Counted from the first letter of the stretch, positions 47,896 through 60,061 are shown. The stretch is 64,000 nucleotides of DNA from Callorhinchus milii (GCF_018977255.1 NW_024704742.1:55182001-55246000), one strand, 5' to 3'. Made by a program: numbers and translations. Notes: generated from the letters alone by a model not told the origin.

Positions 47896-48739
47896 CAAAA
47901 ATTATTTACAATTATTACAGTCTTCCTCACTGACACTTTGTTGAAGGTCACAATTCCAACCAATGTTTTGTTTATGGGCTAATTGCAGAAATGCTATATT
48001 ATATTGAATCAAAGAGTGATGTGAGTAAGTTCCTGCAATTCCCCACGTAAGTCTACCTGGGGCAAGTGAAGTCCATTTATATTCCCAGAGGAAGAGAAAT
48101 TGTTTGTCAAATAATTTTATTATTTTATTTTAATGCGGTCCTTTCACTTATTATACTGAAGTTGTGAAAGTTCTGTCTTCCAGCTTTGTTGAAAAACAGT
48201 GGAGGGCAAAGGACTGAATTCAGCTTGGTCAATGCCTACAGTCACAAAATCAAGAATGTAGGCCAGAGTGCTATGAAGCAACATGTTAGCTGTGCTATGA
48301 ATCAACATGTTAGATGTGGTCCAGTTGTGAAGGACGTGAAGCTGTAAATTAATCCTTGGGCTGTTAAATGTATTTCACCGATATATAATTTGTATCAATT
48401 AAAGGATCAAGGCAATGCTTAATATAGGCGAGAATGGAGAAGAAAACCATTAACGTGAAAGAAACACATTTTATTCATTTATGACTTGTCTAATGTAATG
48501 AACTATATTGCCAAGAGTTACATTACATTAAATTTATGTTTATTTCAATTCCTGTTCTGTACTCAAGTTTCTTATTTAATCCCATAGGTCACACTATGAA
48601 TTGCTAAAGAAAACATAAAAAATGTTCTCAATGTTGAAATCAACAAGGGCTATGAAACAAGGATACTAAACAATTAAATATCTCATGATGAACATCTTTA
48701 ACCGAATGAAGCTCAGTTGCTAATTTCAGTTATAATTAT

Positions 48740-49265
48740 TCTGGCAGCTGGAAACCTATCATAATGCTTAAAAGTATCCAAACTAAACTGAAGTTTCCAC
48801 ATATATATATACCACCTCCACAAGGAAATTTCCCTGTTCCTGAAATGGAAATGTGCACTCTCTCCCAGAAGGGATGCTAATCTAATTCTGGAAAGTGATA
48901 GGTGCAGGTTGGCAAGAATCAAGTTTTGGGGACTCAGAATATGTGTTGGGTACTGTTGCAGTTTAACCTGCTGAAACCTTATGGTTTGTCATTGTGAATA
49001 TTGTCTGGCAAGATTCCCAATGCTATTCTAGCTAGGACAACCCTAGCAGTTGGGCCTTGGCTTGCAGAATTAACAGGAACTGAGTGAAAAGTATATCTGC
49101 AGTGACCAGTCTGCCCCTCCAACAGCAGTATCTTGGAGTACTGTGAATTTGCGAAGCTGCCGAGAGGAATTGGACAACCGATACCACCACAGAAGCTTAA
49201 ATCAATTATGGTATTCCTTTGCTAAGCATGTCATCTTGGGGCAAGTTCCTCCCCAGGGAGATACT
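48740..49265 (+). repeat. Unclassified repeat, copy D
   Basis: tgcttaaaagtatccaaac..ggttggcaaga..tgtctggcaag..ttaacaggaactgagtgaa. Confidence 0.75.
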
Positions 49266-49289
49266 GCTTCACCCTCTTCTACTATACCC

Positions 49290-51022
49290 TCCCCATCTCG
49301 CCCTCCCACCCCGGCCCCTCCCCATCTCTCCCTCCACACCTTCAAACCTGTCTCCCACTACTCTCTCATCACCACTATAACCCACATGAAACCGACCACC
49401 GGCTCCCTCAACTCCATTCCCTACCCCTCTCTTTACCTCCAAGCTCCACCTCCTTGCCCCCCTACTCACAGACATCATAAACCTCTCCCTATCCACTGGT
49501 ACTGTTCCCACCCAATTAAAAATGGCCGTCATCACTCCTATCCTTAAAAAACCCTCCCTGGACCCATCTCTACTCCCAAACTACTGCCTCATCTCCAACC
49601 TCCCTTTCCTTTCCAAGGTACTGGAATGAGTTGCTTCCTAGCTTCACTCCTTTCTCTCCCATCTCTCCCTTCACGAACCCATCTAATCTGGTTTCCGTGC
49701 CACCCACAGCACAGAAACACCCTGGTCAAAGTGATAAATGACATTCTGTCCATCTGTGCCAGGGCTCCCTCGTCCTCCTCGACCTCTCTGCTGCCTTCAA
49801 CACTGTTGACTACTCTATCCTCATCCACTGCCTCGTTCTCCTCAACCTTCATGGCTGTGTTCTTGACTGGTTCAGATCGTACCTTTCACACCACCTCCAC
49901 TTCATCTCAACAAATGGTTTCTCCTCTAGCCCTCGCACAGTCTCATATGGTGTTCCTCAAGGATCTGTCCTTGGTCCCCTCCTCTTCAATATCTTTATGC
50001 TCCCTCTTGGTGCAGACATGAGGCCAACTTCCATATGTATGCGGATGACACCCAACTGAACCTCTCTGTCTCCACCCATGACTCCAGGACCACTGCTGTC
50101 CTGACTGACAGAATGTCTGTCAGACATCAAGTCCTGGATGAGAGCTAATTTTCTTCAGTTGAACGTCAATAAGACCGAGGCTCTCCTGATTGGCTCCCGT
50201 CAGCGCCTCCTCACCTCAGGCGCTGACAGTATCACCGTCCATGGTTACACACTCCACCTCACTGAGCCAGTCCGGACCCTTGGTGTCTTGTTCGACCCTC
50301 AACTATCCTTTCTACCCCACATCTGTGATATGACCCACTCCGCCTTCCCCCACCTCCGCAACATCGCCCGGCTCCGCCACTGACTCACACAGCAGGCCAA
50401 CAAAACCCTCATACAGGCTTTCATTACAACAAGGCTTGACTATACAAATTCCTTGCTTGTCGGCCTCTCCAACTCCTCTCTCCATAGGCTGCAGATCATC
50501 CAGAACTCTGCAGCCCATGTCCTCTCCCACACCAGGCTCCATGACCCTATCACCCCATTCTGGCCTGACTCCATTGACTTCTCATCACAGAGGACACAGT
50601 TCAAGATACTGGTCCTCACCTTCGAAGCCCTCCATGGTCTTGCTCCACACTATCTCTGTGACCTCCTAACCCCCTACCATCTTGCTCGCTCCCTCCACTC
50701 GGTGGGCTCCAGCCTGCTTCACGTCGCCCGCCTCGCTCACCCCTCTACTGGCGGGCGGGCCTTCTGCCACTCTCCCCCCATGCTCTGGAACTCCATCCCA
50801 CAGTCCCTCCACCTCACCTCCTCCCTTGCCTCCTTCAACACCCTTCTCAAGACCCTCCTCTTCGACTGTGCTTTCGATCACCCTGTTTCCACCACCTGCC
50901 CTCCACCCTCCCCGATCCCGACCCCCAGCTCGGGTCCGAAATTGGACTGTCCAGCGCCTTGGGACATCCTCCAGATGTGAAAGGCGCTGTACAAATGTAA
51001 TTTTGTTGTTGTTGTTGTTGCT
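49290..51022 (+). mobile_element. Decayed L2-clade LINE (RT region to 3' tail)
   Basis: Homologous to 7472-9056; GVPQGSVLGP-like and MYADDTQL segments; NFLQLNVNKTE, QNSAAHVL, LWNSIPQSL; (TTG)n tail 51002-51020. Confidence 0.92.
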
Positions 51023-52351
51023 TACTTCGCTCCCAAGGAAGCTAATTATTAGTCAGTCATTTGAGATTTGTCAAGCACAGGTTTGACTTCTCACTAGGTA
51101 GATAGAAATACGAGGAACTCCCTCAGAACTTCTTAGTAAGCAGCACAACTCAATCTGAAATTGCCACCATCTTTCAACCCACAGCTCAGATACACTCCCT
51201 ACCCATCGAGAAACGGTTCCACTAGTTGGAGGCGTGGAGCTGGAGCCGGGTACTATTTCTCAAGATGGATTCCAAGCCCTTGGAATGCTTCATGGATTAA
51301 TCTTGAGGAAAGAAACTCTTCACTGTTTGGGCCGTTAGTGAGTGTCTGGGGGTAATGGGCTGGGGATTGTGTGTGGTGGGGGTTGGGGGGAGGGATGTTG
51401 TAAGTAATTGGGGTGTGGGTATATATTTGAGAAGGAGTCTCCTCTTTGTGAAATAGTAAAAATTTGGTCGCTCAATCCAAGATTGTGCTCACGGGTTTCA
51501 CCCACAAAATATACAGTCAATCTTTTTACAATATATTGTGAAGTGCTTTGAGATGTCTCAACAACATGATAAGGAGCTACATCAAATGCAAGGATTATTA
51601 TTATTAGATCTCCCTTCCTGGGTTAATTAATGTTTTAAACCATTGAAGCATCTGTGTTTGCAGCAGCTGATTGATCAATCTCATATGGGGATTGTTGGCC
51701 AAGACACCGGGTAAGACTAGCTTTATTAAATTTCGAAAGCAAATGCAATCCTGTCAAGAGAATTGTCTCAAAACAGCAATGAAGTCATATGGCTCTGATT
51801 GAAGAAAGTCTTAAAGGGGAGTGCCAGTCTTGTTTTACAATGTTAGTTTCCCAAATTTAGTCATTAAATGTAGAAAATAACAAATAGTTAAGAAACTGTA
51901 AAACAAATGTTTTGTCTGAAATAAATAATGAAGGTTTTGAATACAAACAGACTACGAGAGGTGAAAGCATCAGCATTATTCATAATATAATGAGGATTGA
52001 GGCATTGGATGAATGAGGGTCAGTTGGACAAAGTGCTGTTTTAAAAAAAAATTAAATGTTATTTTGATATTATTTAGTTGGAATCCATTTAACCAGGGTA
52101 AGGTTAACTTATGATGATGTCTCACATCACCATGTTTCAAAGGGAGTTTCTCCCGATATCCTGACAAGCAAGGCTGTTTGTGGGATATTGTTTTGCACAA
52201 ATTAGCTGTCGCGTCTGCTGCCAAAAACACAGTCACACCATTTTATGGTATATCCTGTGAAGCACTTTGAGACATCTTGATAGCGTGATAAAGCGTTATA
52301 TCAGATGCAAGCATTATTATCATCAGAAACATTAACCTATCATTCTCTTTC

Positions 52352-52760
52352 AGCCTAGCTCAGTTAGTAGCAACTTTGTGTGTGTACCTAGGTTGTAGGT
52401 TCAAGGCTTGTGTCCAGACTCAGTCTATGCTGGCATTCCAGTTCAGTGTTGGTGAAGGCATTACAGTGTCAGGGGAGCCAACCTTCAGATGATACATTAA
52501 ATGAAGGTCTTGTTTCAATGGAAAGGGGTAAGTCAAAGATCCTTTGGATCTAGTTGAAATGAGAAGAGTGTGTCCCAGACTCCTGGTCAACAATTGATAA
52601 AATTTGTCATTTGCCTCATGTTGTGGGGCATCGTGCAAATTGGCTGTCACATTCACCTACAATATACAGTCACTAAACTTTACAGTAATCCTATGGGGAA
52701 AAAAACACTTTGACATGTCCTTCTGGCATGATAGGAGCTATATCAAATGCAAAGGTTATT
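52352..52760 (+). mobile_element. Deu-domain SINE (SINE 3' half precedes it at 52170-52322)
   Basis: tagctcagttagtagc..gttgtaggttcaag head; ccttcagatgatacattaaatgaagg core; gctatatcaaatgcaaagg tail. Confidence 0.75.
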
Positions 52761-53744
52761 AATACTCTAAAGTAGTGACCATGTTGTGGAAGAACTGTAA
52801 ACGTTTTGAACATTCTTTATTTTTCCAACAACCCTCTGGTTCAACTCAAAACAATTTCTGAAAGATTTATAATTCATATAGGTACTTTTTACCTTGTCTG
52901 TTTTTGAACATCAGTGTAAAATTTCAGTTTTCTGTCATAAATAAATAATACACGTGGTGGCAAATGTGATGAAATGGATGTTGACATATACTGTCTATTT
53001 TTCAATCTGATCCCAATATTTCAGTAACCATTCTTTGGTTGTGTTTATTGGTTATTAAGAGTCAAGTATTAGTGAAGAAGGATCTAATGCCTATTAAATA
53101 GGTTTTCAGAGCAAAATAGATTTCCTCATGCATACTCTTTCCCATCCCCCCAACACACAATTGCACTCTTGTTAAAGGATTCCATTGTCATTCTTGAAGC
53201 CATAACAAATTTTCTTCATGATCCATTGACGAACTGTAGTCCATGTTAATCTACGTAATATTGGTCAACAATAATCAATGCTTTTTTAACATGATATGTT
53301 TTTTTTTAAATTGAGAAGCCTAAGTTACAGTTGAATCCAACAAGAATAAATGTGAGAGAAACAATTTTCATGTCGGAAGGACTTCCCAAGGGCCTGGACT
53401 CGAGAGTGAAATCTTTTTTAGTTTGTAAACTGCTTTACAGGTATTATATGAACACTTCTTTTATCCTTCTTCAATAATCATTTTACCTACAAAAAACAAT
53501 GGACACAAAGATTGCTTATTGAAATATTAGGATTTCAAAATAAGATCGTTTGAGATATGCCTGAGATATAGGGTGGTTTTATCTATTTCTTCATCACATC
53601 TATTATTTCATTACATAATATCCCAAACTCTGAAGCCCGTGTCTTCTCTGTGAACTTATCACCCCTCCCCTTGTTCAGTGCACATCTAAAAATGTATCTC
53701 TTTGATCGTGCTTTTGAACATCTTTTCTCTTTTCTCTCCCCACC

Positions 53745-54372
53745 CACAACAACAACTTACATTTATAGACCGCTATTCACCTCGGGAGGACGTCCCAAAG
53801 CACTGAACAGTCAGGTGTGGGGGTCCGAGCATGGGGGAGGGGTGGTGTAGGGGTGAGGGAAGGCAGAGAGGTGGGAGGGAGACCAAAGGCACAGTCGAAG
53901 AGGAGGGTCTCGAGACCGGCCTTGAAGGAGGCAAGGGGGGAAGCGAGGCAAAGGGACAGTGGGATGGAGTTCCAGAGTATAGGAGCAGAGAGGCTGAAAG
54001 CCCGTCCACCGTTAGTGGGGCGGGTCAGGCGGGAGACATGGAGCAGGCCGGAGCCCGATGAACAGAGGGAGCGGGCAGGTTGGTAGGGAGTCAGCAGGTC
54101 AGAGAGGTAGGAGGGGGCAAGGCCATGCATGGCCTTAAAGGTGAGGACTAGGATCTTGAACTCGATCCTCTGGGGGATGGGGAACCAGTGGAGTCGGGTG
54201 AGGGTGGGAATGATGGGATCACGGAGCCTGGTGCGTGAGAGTTTTGGAGCTCTCAGCTTGTGAAGGGAAGAGTTGGGAAGGCCAATGAGGAGGGAGTTCC
54301 CGTAATTAAGCCTTGAGGTGACGAAGGCATGGGTGAGGATTTCGGCAGCCTGAGGGCTGAGGCAGTGGCGGA
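53745..54372 (-). mobile_element. L2 3' fragment
   Basis: ORF 53777-54397: AAEILTHAFVTSRLNYGNSLL...LHWFPIPQRIEFKILVLTFKA...LWNSIPLSL; (CAA)n tail at ~53747. Confidence 0.9.
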
Positions 54373-54895
54373 GTGCCCCCTTTGACCGGTCTGCCAATTC
54401 ATGCCATACTTATGATCCAGGTTGGCTGGTTTGTTATCAACAGTGACCCACCTCTCGCTCCCACCTCCAGCTCAGGTGCCCATCCAACAGAGTTAAGGAC
54501 TTTAAAGACATCCTCCCCAAATGTGAAAGGCGCTATACAAATGTAAATTGTATTACAAATTGTATGGAATCACTAAAACATATTATTTTGTGTTGTGATG
54601 TTTTACTAACTTTATAATTGATGAAAGTTCAAAAGTTCATTCAAAATATGGAATTCCTGTGGATAGCAGTTGGGAGTCACAGCTTACCCATCATAACTAC
54701 GTTATGTTTAATCAAAGCTCAGAAACCACTGGAATTACTTGCTTTAATTGTAAAATAGTCAACTCGGCAAAAGATCAGAATTGATACCCATAGGCTTTTT
54801 TTATTTGAGTAAGGCAGATTTCAAAGTCCCTATTGTACACAGGAAGAACTTTTGACTCCTTTGTTTTGACTGCTCGGTTCAAACAACCTCAAGCT

Positions 54896-55420
54896 TTTTG
54901 GTCAGTTGGGTGTCCGACATGCAGGAACCCATCGACATGATTAAAAGTATTCAAACCAAATGGAGAGTTCCATGTATCCCACCTTCATATAGAAATGCCT
55001 GTGTTTGGAATGGAAAGTGTATTCTCTCCTTTATAGGGATCATCCTGGTTCCCTAATTATGAAGAGTATTAGATGTAAGGTGGCAAGATCAAGGTTTGGA
55101 GATCTAGGGGCGTGAGATGGAGTACTCATGGAATTTAATAAAACTGCATGGTTTGCCATTGAAAGCATTGTCTGTAAAGCTTACAGTTGCTTCTCTAGCT
55201 AGGACCACCGTGCCCCCTTTGACCAGTCTGTCAATTCATGCTGTACTTATCATCCAGGCTGGCTGGTCTGTTATCAACAGTGCCCCAGAGTACTACGGTC
55301 CCGCCTGGCTCAGGAACCAGACAAGCGATGGCAGCACAGAGGGGTGAATTGACTCTGACATTTCATTGCCAAGCACATCACCTTGGAGCCAGTTTAACTC
55401 CAAGGAGACCACACTTCCCT
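54896..55420 (+). repeat. Unclassified repeat, copy E
   Basis: ttggtcagttgggtgtccgacatg..ttaaaagtattcaaacc..gccaagcacatcaccttggagccag..ccaaggagacc. Confidence 0.75.
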
Positions 55421-55999
55421 CGACCCCAAAGAGGATTATTTAATCAAGCTTATTGATTACTTAATTAATGATTACAGTAACCTAAATGGTGCAATATCTG
55501 ACTTTATACAGTACTTATCTACCATTAAGGAATCAACAAACACAGTAAGACTCCCCAAGTGGAATTGGACATGGTAATCTATATATTTTGAGGATTTTTA
55601 GGAGTTGTTCTCTTTTTTGTAGTCTAAACAAGGAATTCAGGCAAAACATGAATCACTCCAGTGGACAGTTGGGAGGAGTAAGTTGGCCTAAAATGTTGCA
55701 CTGAAATATTTCAAATGTGCTCATTATAACCAGCAGCAGGAAATGTGAGTTACAGAGATATAAAGAGATTGAAAGAGATACAAAGACATGCAGGCACAGA
55801 TCCAGAGATTCTGAGATTGGAGAAAAAGAGATGGAGAGAAACCCAGAGAAACTGAGAGGAAGTGACACTGAGCAACAAAGATACTCACGTAGAGAGGCAC
55901 TATGTTTGGGGGAGAAAAAAGGGCAGTAGGCAATGCTTTACCACAAATGGCTGCTGTAGCTGAGTCCATAGCAGCCCTTCAAAGGGAATTAAATACATT

Positions 56000-56345
56000 A
56001 ACAACAACGAGCATTCCTACAGCCCCCGCACATGGGGCAGCTTCTCGGAGCGCTTAACACTGGCAGAACCAGACCAGAGCTGGGGGGGGAGTGACGGTAA
56101 GCACGGTCAAAGAGGAAGGTCTTCAGGCCCAATCTGCAAATGGGGAAGGAGGGGGGAAAAGCAGAAGGAGAGCGTTCCCAAGCTTTCGGGGCAGGATAGC
56201 TGCAAACGACGGACAAGGGGAGCCAGACAGGGAGAGAGGTGGCGAGCGACCCAGAGAAACTGAGAGACGAGGGACAAGGTGGAGCCGGTGGAGCGGGTTC
56301 GGGGGAGTTATGGGGGTGTCAGAGGGCGTGAAAGGAATTTGAAGT
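56000..56345 (-). mobile_element. Decayed L2 3' end
   Basis: aacaacaac tail and LKTFLFDRAY peptide on the minus strand. Confidence 0.65.
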
Positions 56346-56399
56346 GAAAGCCTATGCAGTGAAGGTGTGAGTTAACACCTGCACTGATGGCGGTGATGA

Positions 56400-56935
56400 T
56401 CTCCAGCCTCACCTCAGACACGAGCCTTGGTGACACGTGACACCCGGTGCGTTTGCGGATTGGCGGGACGCGCAGGCGCGGTGCAGGCGGCGGCGGCGGC
56501 GGCGGAGGAGCGCGCAGGCGCAGTGCTGTCGGCGGAGGCGGAGGAGCGCGCAGGCGCAGTGCTGTCGGCGGTTGGCGGTTGCCGAGGGCGGAGCGCGCTC
56601 ACGCTGGACGGGCGTCGAGAAAATACCGGCGCCTGGAGCGGCCCCGCGGACAGGACAGCGCGGAGACTCCCACCGAGTGAGAGAGGGAGAGGGAGGGAGG
56701 GAGGCCGGCCGGTGCATGTGGTGTGTCAGGTCGGGTGGGCCCGGCCCGGCCCGCGCGGCCCGGCATCAGCTTTGGGGTGAAGAAGGGGGTTGAAGGAGAA
56801 ACCATCCGCCAAGTGAAGGGGGCGGGAACCGCGTAACGCAGCAGCTGACAGCGCTGTATCCCGAAGCGCTCAGGAGCTAGTCCCTCTGTGAAGTGACCAC
56901 TGGCCACTCGCTGCTCGTGGACGGAAGGGGGCGCA
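56400..56935 (+). promoter_or_regulatory. CpG-island promoter 1 (candidate PCM1 or upstream non-coding gene)
   Basis: Dense CpG and GGC runs; E-box CACGTG 56434-56439; ATTGG/TTGGCGGGA (CCAAT/E2F-like) 56459-56468; three NRF1-type GCGCAGGCGC sites (56470, 56512, 56548); candidate donors GA|GTGAGA ~56677 and CAG|GTCGGG 56730. Confidence 0.75.
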
Positions 56936-57250
56936 GGCGGTTGCCCCCTGAGCCCCGGCGGTTGCCCCCTGAGCCCCGGCGGTTGCCCCCTGAGCCCCGG
57001 CGGTTGCCCCCTGGGTGTGGGTGGCTGCCCACAGGGTTCCAGTGGTTGCTATTGGGGTTCAGGCGGTTGCCCCCTGAGCCCCGGCGGTTGCCCCCTGAGC
57101 CCCGGCGGTTGCCCCCTGGGTGTGGGTGGCTGCCCACAGGGTTCCAGTGGTTGCTATTGGGGTTCAGGAGGTTGCCCACTGGGCCCAGGCGGTTGCTCCT
57201 GGGTATAGTCTGTTGCCAGGTGAACCCGTGCCATTGCCCTCAGGGCCTCA
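56936..57250. repeat. 21-bp minisatellite with higher-order structure (A A A B C D A A B C D E F...)
   Basis: A=GGCGGTTGCCCCCTGAGCCCC, B=GGCGGTTGCCCCCTGGGTGTG, C=GGTGGCTGCCCACAGGGTTCC, D=AGTGGTTGCTATTGGGGTTCA; 56957-57061 and 57062-57166 are identical 105-bp blocks. Confidence 0.95.
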
Positions 57251-57329
57251 ACCCACCACCTTCTCCCTCGATCCCCTCCACACCCAACTGCTGACCACTG
57301 GACTGCCCCCCTCTGCCTCCTGCTGGCAG

Positions 57330-57935
57330 ATACATGCAGCCTGTCCCTCTCCCCCGGCGCCTCCCCCGTAAAACTTCTGTATTCGTCCTCCTCAAAAAAA
57401 TTACTTGATCCAATTTCGCCAACTCCTGGCCCATTTCAGACTCGCCCTTCCTCTCTAAAGCCCTGGATTGCGTTGCTCCCACCCAGCTTCACTCACACCT
57501 TTCCGTCCACTCCCTGCTCGAGCCCCTAAAGCTGGTTTCCTCTGTGCCCACAGAACTGAGACTGCACTCAGTTACAAATGTTTTCTTTCTTTCTGCCATC
57601 AAGGCTCCTTCTGCCTCTCTGCTGTGTTCAACATAGACCTCCGCTATCACTTTCCTCCCTTATCCAATCAATGGGACCCCATTCACCTACTTGAGAGAGT
57701 CCTACTTGACCCACTGTTATCACTTTGTCTCCTCCAATGGCTTCTCCAACCTGTGCATTGTCAACTGCAATTCTATCCTCAGACCCCTTCTTTTTCTCAT
57801 TTACATGTTCCCTCTTGGTGATATCATCCGCACACATGGGATCAACTTCCATATGTATGTGGATTTTAGGCCAACTTTTATTTTTCCACCTCTTGCTGCA
57901 ACCCAAAATCCACCAATGTTCTGTCCACCTTCAAT
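57330..57935 (+). mobile_element. Decayed L2 RT fragment
   Basis: HRTETAL, LLFLIYMFPLGDIIRTHGINFHMYVD. Confidence 0.75.
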
Positions 57936-58232
57936 CAGGTTGGGAAGACATAAAACCCACTCCTCCTCCCCCATTCATTTTCGTGCTTTGCTGTGTTTTT
58001 AAAAATGTTTTTGAAGAGATGTAAAAGTGACTTTATTTAAATTTCCCAGCCATTATATTTAAAATAGGAATGAGCTGAATTTGATTTGTTCCAGGTGTCA
58101 TTGTGTGCAACATCAGTACAATTAATGCTTCCTGACACTCTGTTTATACAACACATTTGATGGTAGGAACAAACTTTTGTGTATATTTTTGGTTCAGCCT
58201 AAGTGGTATATAGTATATTTGAGTTCCTCCAT

Positions 58233-58604
58233 GGAGTTCTAGCGTATTGGTTAGAGACTTGCTTCGCAAGCGAGAGTAACTGGGTTTGATTCCTGGCGAA
58301 ACCTTAGGCAGGTTTCCTTACTTCACCTGCCTCTGTTTACCCAGCAGTATGTAGGAACCCGTTTGTTAGACGATTGGCGGATCACATTTCCAGGGGTAAT
58401 AATCCCTTCAAAAGAATAAATAAATAAAAATAGTAATTTGGTCAATCAATCTACGACTGTTTGTGGGACACTGTTGTGTGCAATTGGCTGTTGCATTTTC
58501 CCCACAAGATATACAGTCAATTCACTTTCCAGGTATATTCTGTGAAGTGCTTTGAGACGTCTCAACGATGTGATAAGGCGCTATATCAAGTGCAAGAATT
58601 ATTA
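58233..58604 (+). mobile_element. Full-length tRNA-headed CORE-like SINE
   Basis: tRNA head, ccttaggcaggtttccttac..gcctctgtttacccagcagt..gtaggaacccg body, and tail gcgctatatcaagtgcaagaattatt. Confidence 0.88.
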
Positions 58605-58819
58605 CGTAACTTGTAGAAGGACAACAGAAAGGTATAATTTATTAGAAAATATAATACATTGCCATCCAGTGGTAAGATAGAGTATTACAACTTATTTTGC
58701 CCTATTTTTAACAGAAGAGTATAATAACAATTGCATTTATATAAAGCCTTTCACGTTGCGAGGACACTCCGAGGTACTGGACAGTTGAGGCTTTTCAGCG
58801 CAGGTGGAGTTGTACTCTC

Positions 58820-59193
58820 CCCCCTACCTCTCCAACCTCCTGAGCTCCTACCATCCTGTTCGCTCCCTCCACTCAGCGGGCTCTGGCTTGCTTCACGTCC
58901 CCCGCCTTGCTCGCCCCACTAACAGCAGACGGACCTTACGCCACTCTGCACCCACCCTCTGGAACTCCATCCCACAGTCCCTCCATCTCGCCCCCTCCCT
59001 CGCCACCTTCAAGACCCACCTCAAGACCCTCCTCTTCGACCGTGCTTTCGATCTCCCCGCTTCCCACCCTGCCCCCCCCCCCCTCCTCCCCCACCCTGAC
59101 CCTCAGCTCGGGTCTGAAACTCTGTCCAGCGACTTGGGACGTCCTCCCGACGTGAAAGGTGCTATACAAATGTAATTTTGTTGTTGTTGTTGT
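58820..59193 (+). mobile_element. L2 3' fragment
   Basis: PYLSNLLSSY..RSLHS..LWNSIPQSL..FKTHLKTLLFDRAF; stem-loop and (TTG)n tail. Confidence 0.9.
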
Positions 59194-59199
59194 GCTGGC

Positions 59200-59722
59200 A
59201 GGATGAAAGATAACCGAAGGCGTGGACAAAGAGACGGATCTTGAAGGAGGTGAGGGAAAGGGCAAGGCGATAGAACTACAGGATGGAGTTCCAGAGAGTA
59301 GGGGTGGATAGGCTGAAAACCTACCTCCTGATAGTGGGGCAGGTAGGACGAGGGACATGAAGCAAGCCAGTGCTTGAGGAATGGAGGGAGTGGGCAGGTT
59401 GATTAGATTTCAAAATTATAAAAATTGCAGAGGTAGAATTGAGCAAGACTGGAGGGATTTAAAAGTGAGACAAGGTTCTTGAACTCAGTCCTCTGAGGGA
59501 TGGGAAGCTATTGGAGCTGGGCAAGGATGGGGATTGTATACTTGCGGAGCCTAGTGCATGAGAGGACATGAACTGCAAAGTTCTGGATGGTCTGCAGCTT
59601 GTGGAGGGAAGAGTTGGGAAGTCCAGCAAGCAGAGAGTTGACATAATATACCCTGGATATGTTGAATGTATAGAGAAGCCTTTCGGTAGCCAAAGTCGAG
59701 AAGTAATGGCAGTGATGGGCAA
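59200..59722 (-). mobile_element. Older L2 fragment, antisense, abutting the previous copy
   Basis: Minus-strand peptide YVNSLLAGLPNSSLHKLQTIQNFAVHVL. Confidence 0.8.
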
Positions 59723-59727
59723 TATGT

Positions 59728-60061
59728 GGAGTCCTGTAACTGAGTGGTTAGAGCACTTGCCTCACAAGCGAGAGGACTTGGGTTCTGTTCCCGGGCAGGG
59801 CGAAATGGTAGGCAAGTTTCCTTACTCCACACGCTTCTGTTTACCTAGCAGTAAGTAGGAACCCGGTTGTTAGTCGATTGGCAGATCGCTTTTCAGGGGG
59901 TAATAAAAAAAGTCACTCAATCCACGACTGTTTATGGGATACTGCTGCCATGTATTGCCCACACAATACAGTCAATTCACTTTATAGTGTATTCTGTGAA
60001 GTGCAAAGACGTGATAAGACACTATATCAAATGCAAGGATTATTACTATGATTATTATTAT
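59728..60061 (+). mobile_element. tRNA-headed CORE-like SINE
   Basis: ggagtcctgtaactgagtggttagagcac head to tgcaaggattattactatgattattatta tail. Confidence 0.88.

Noticed and set aside
56936..57250. CRISPR-like array or repeat-protein ORF (RRLPPEP)n
   Set aside because: Contiguous tandem monomers with no unique spacers, vertebrate context and no cas genes; the ORFs are by-products of a GC-rich repeat
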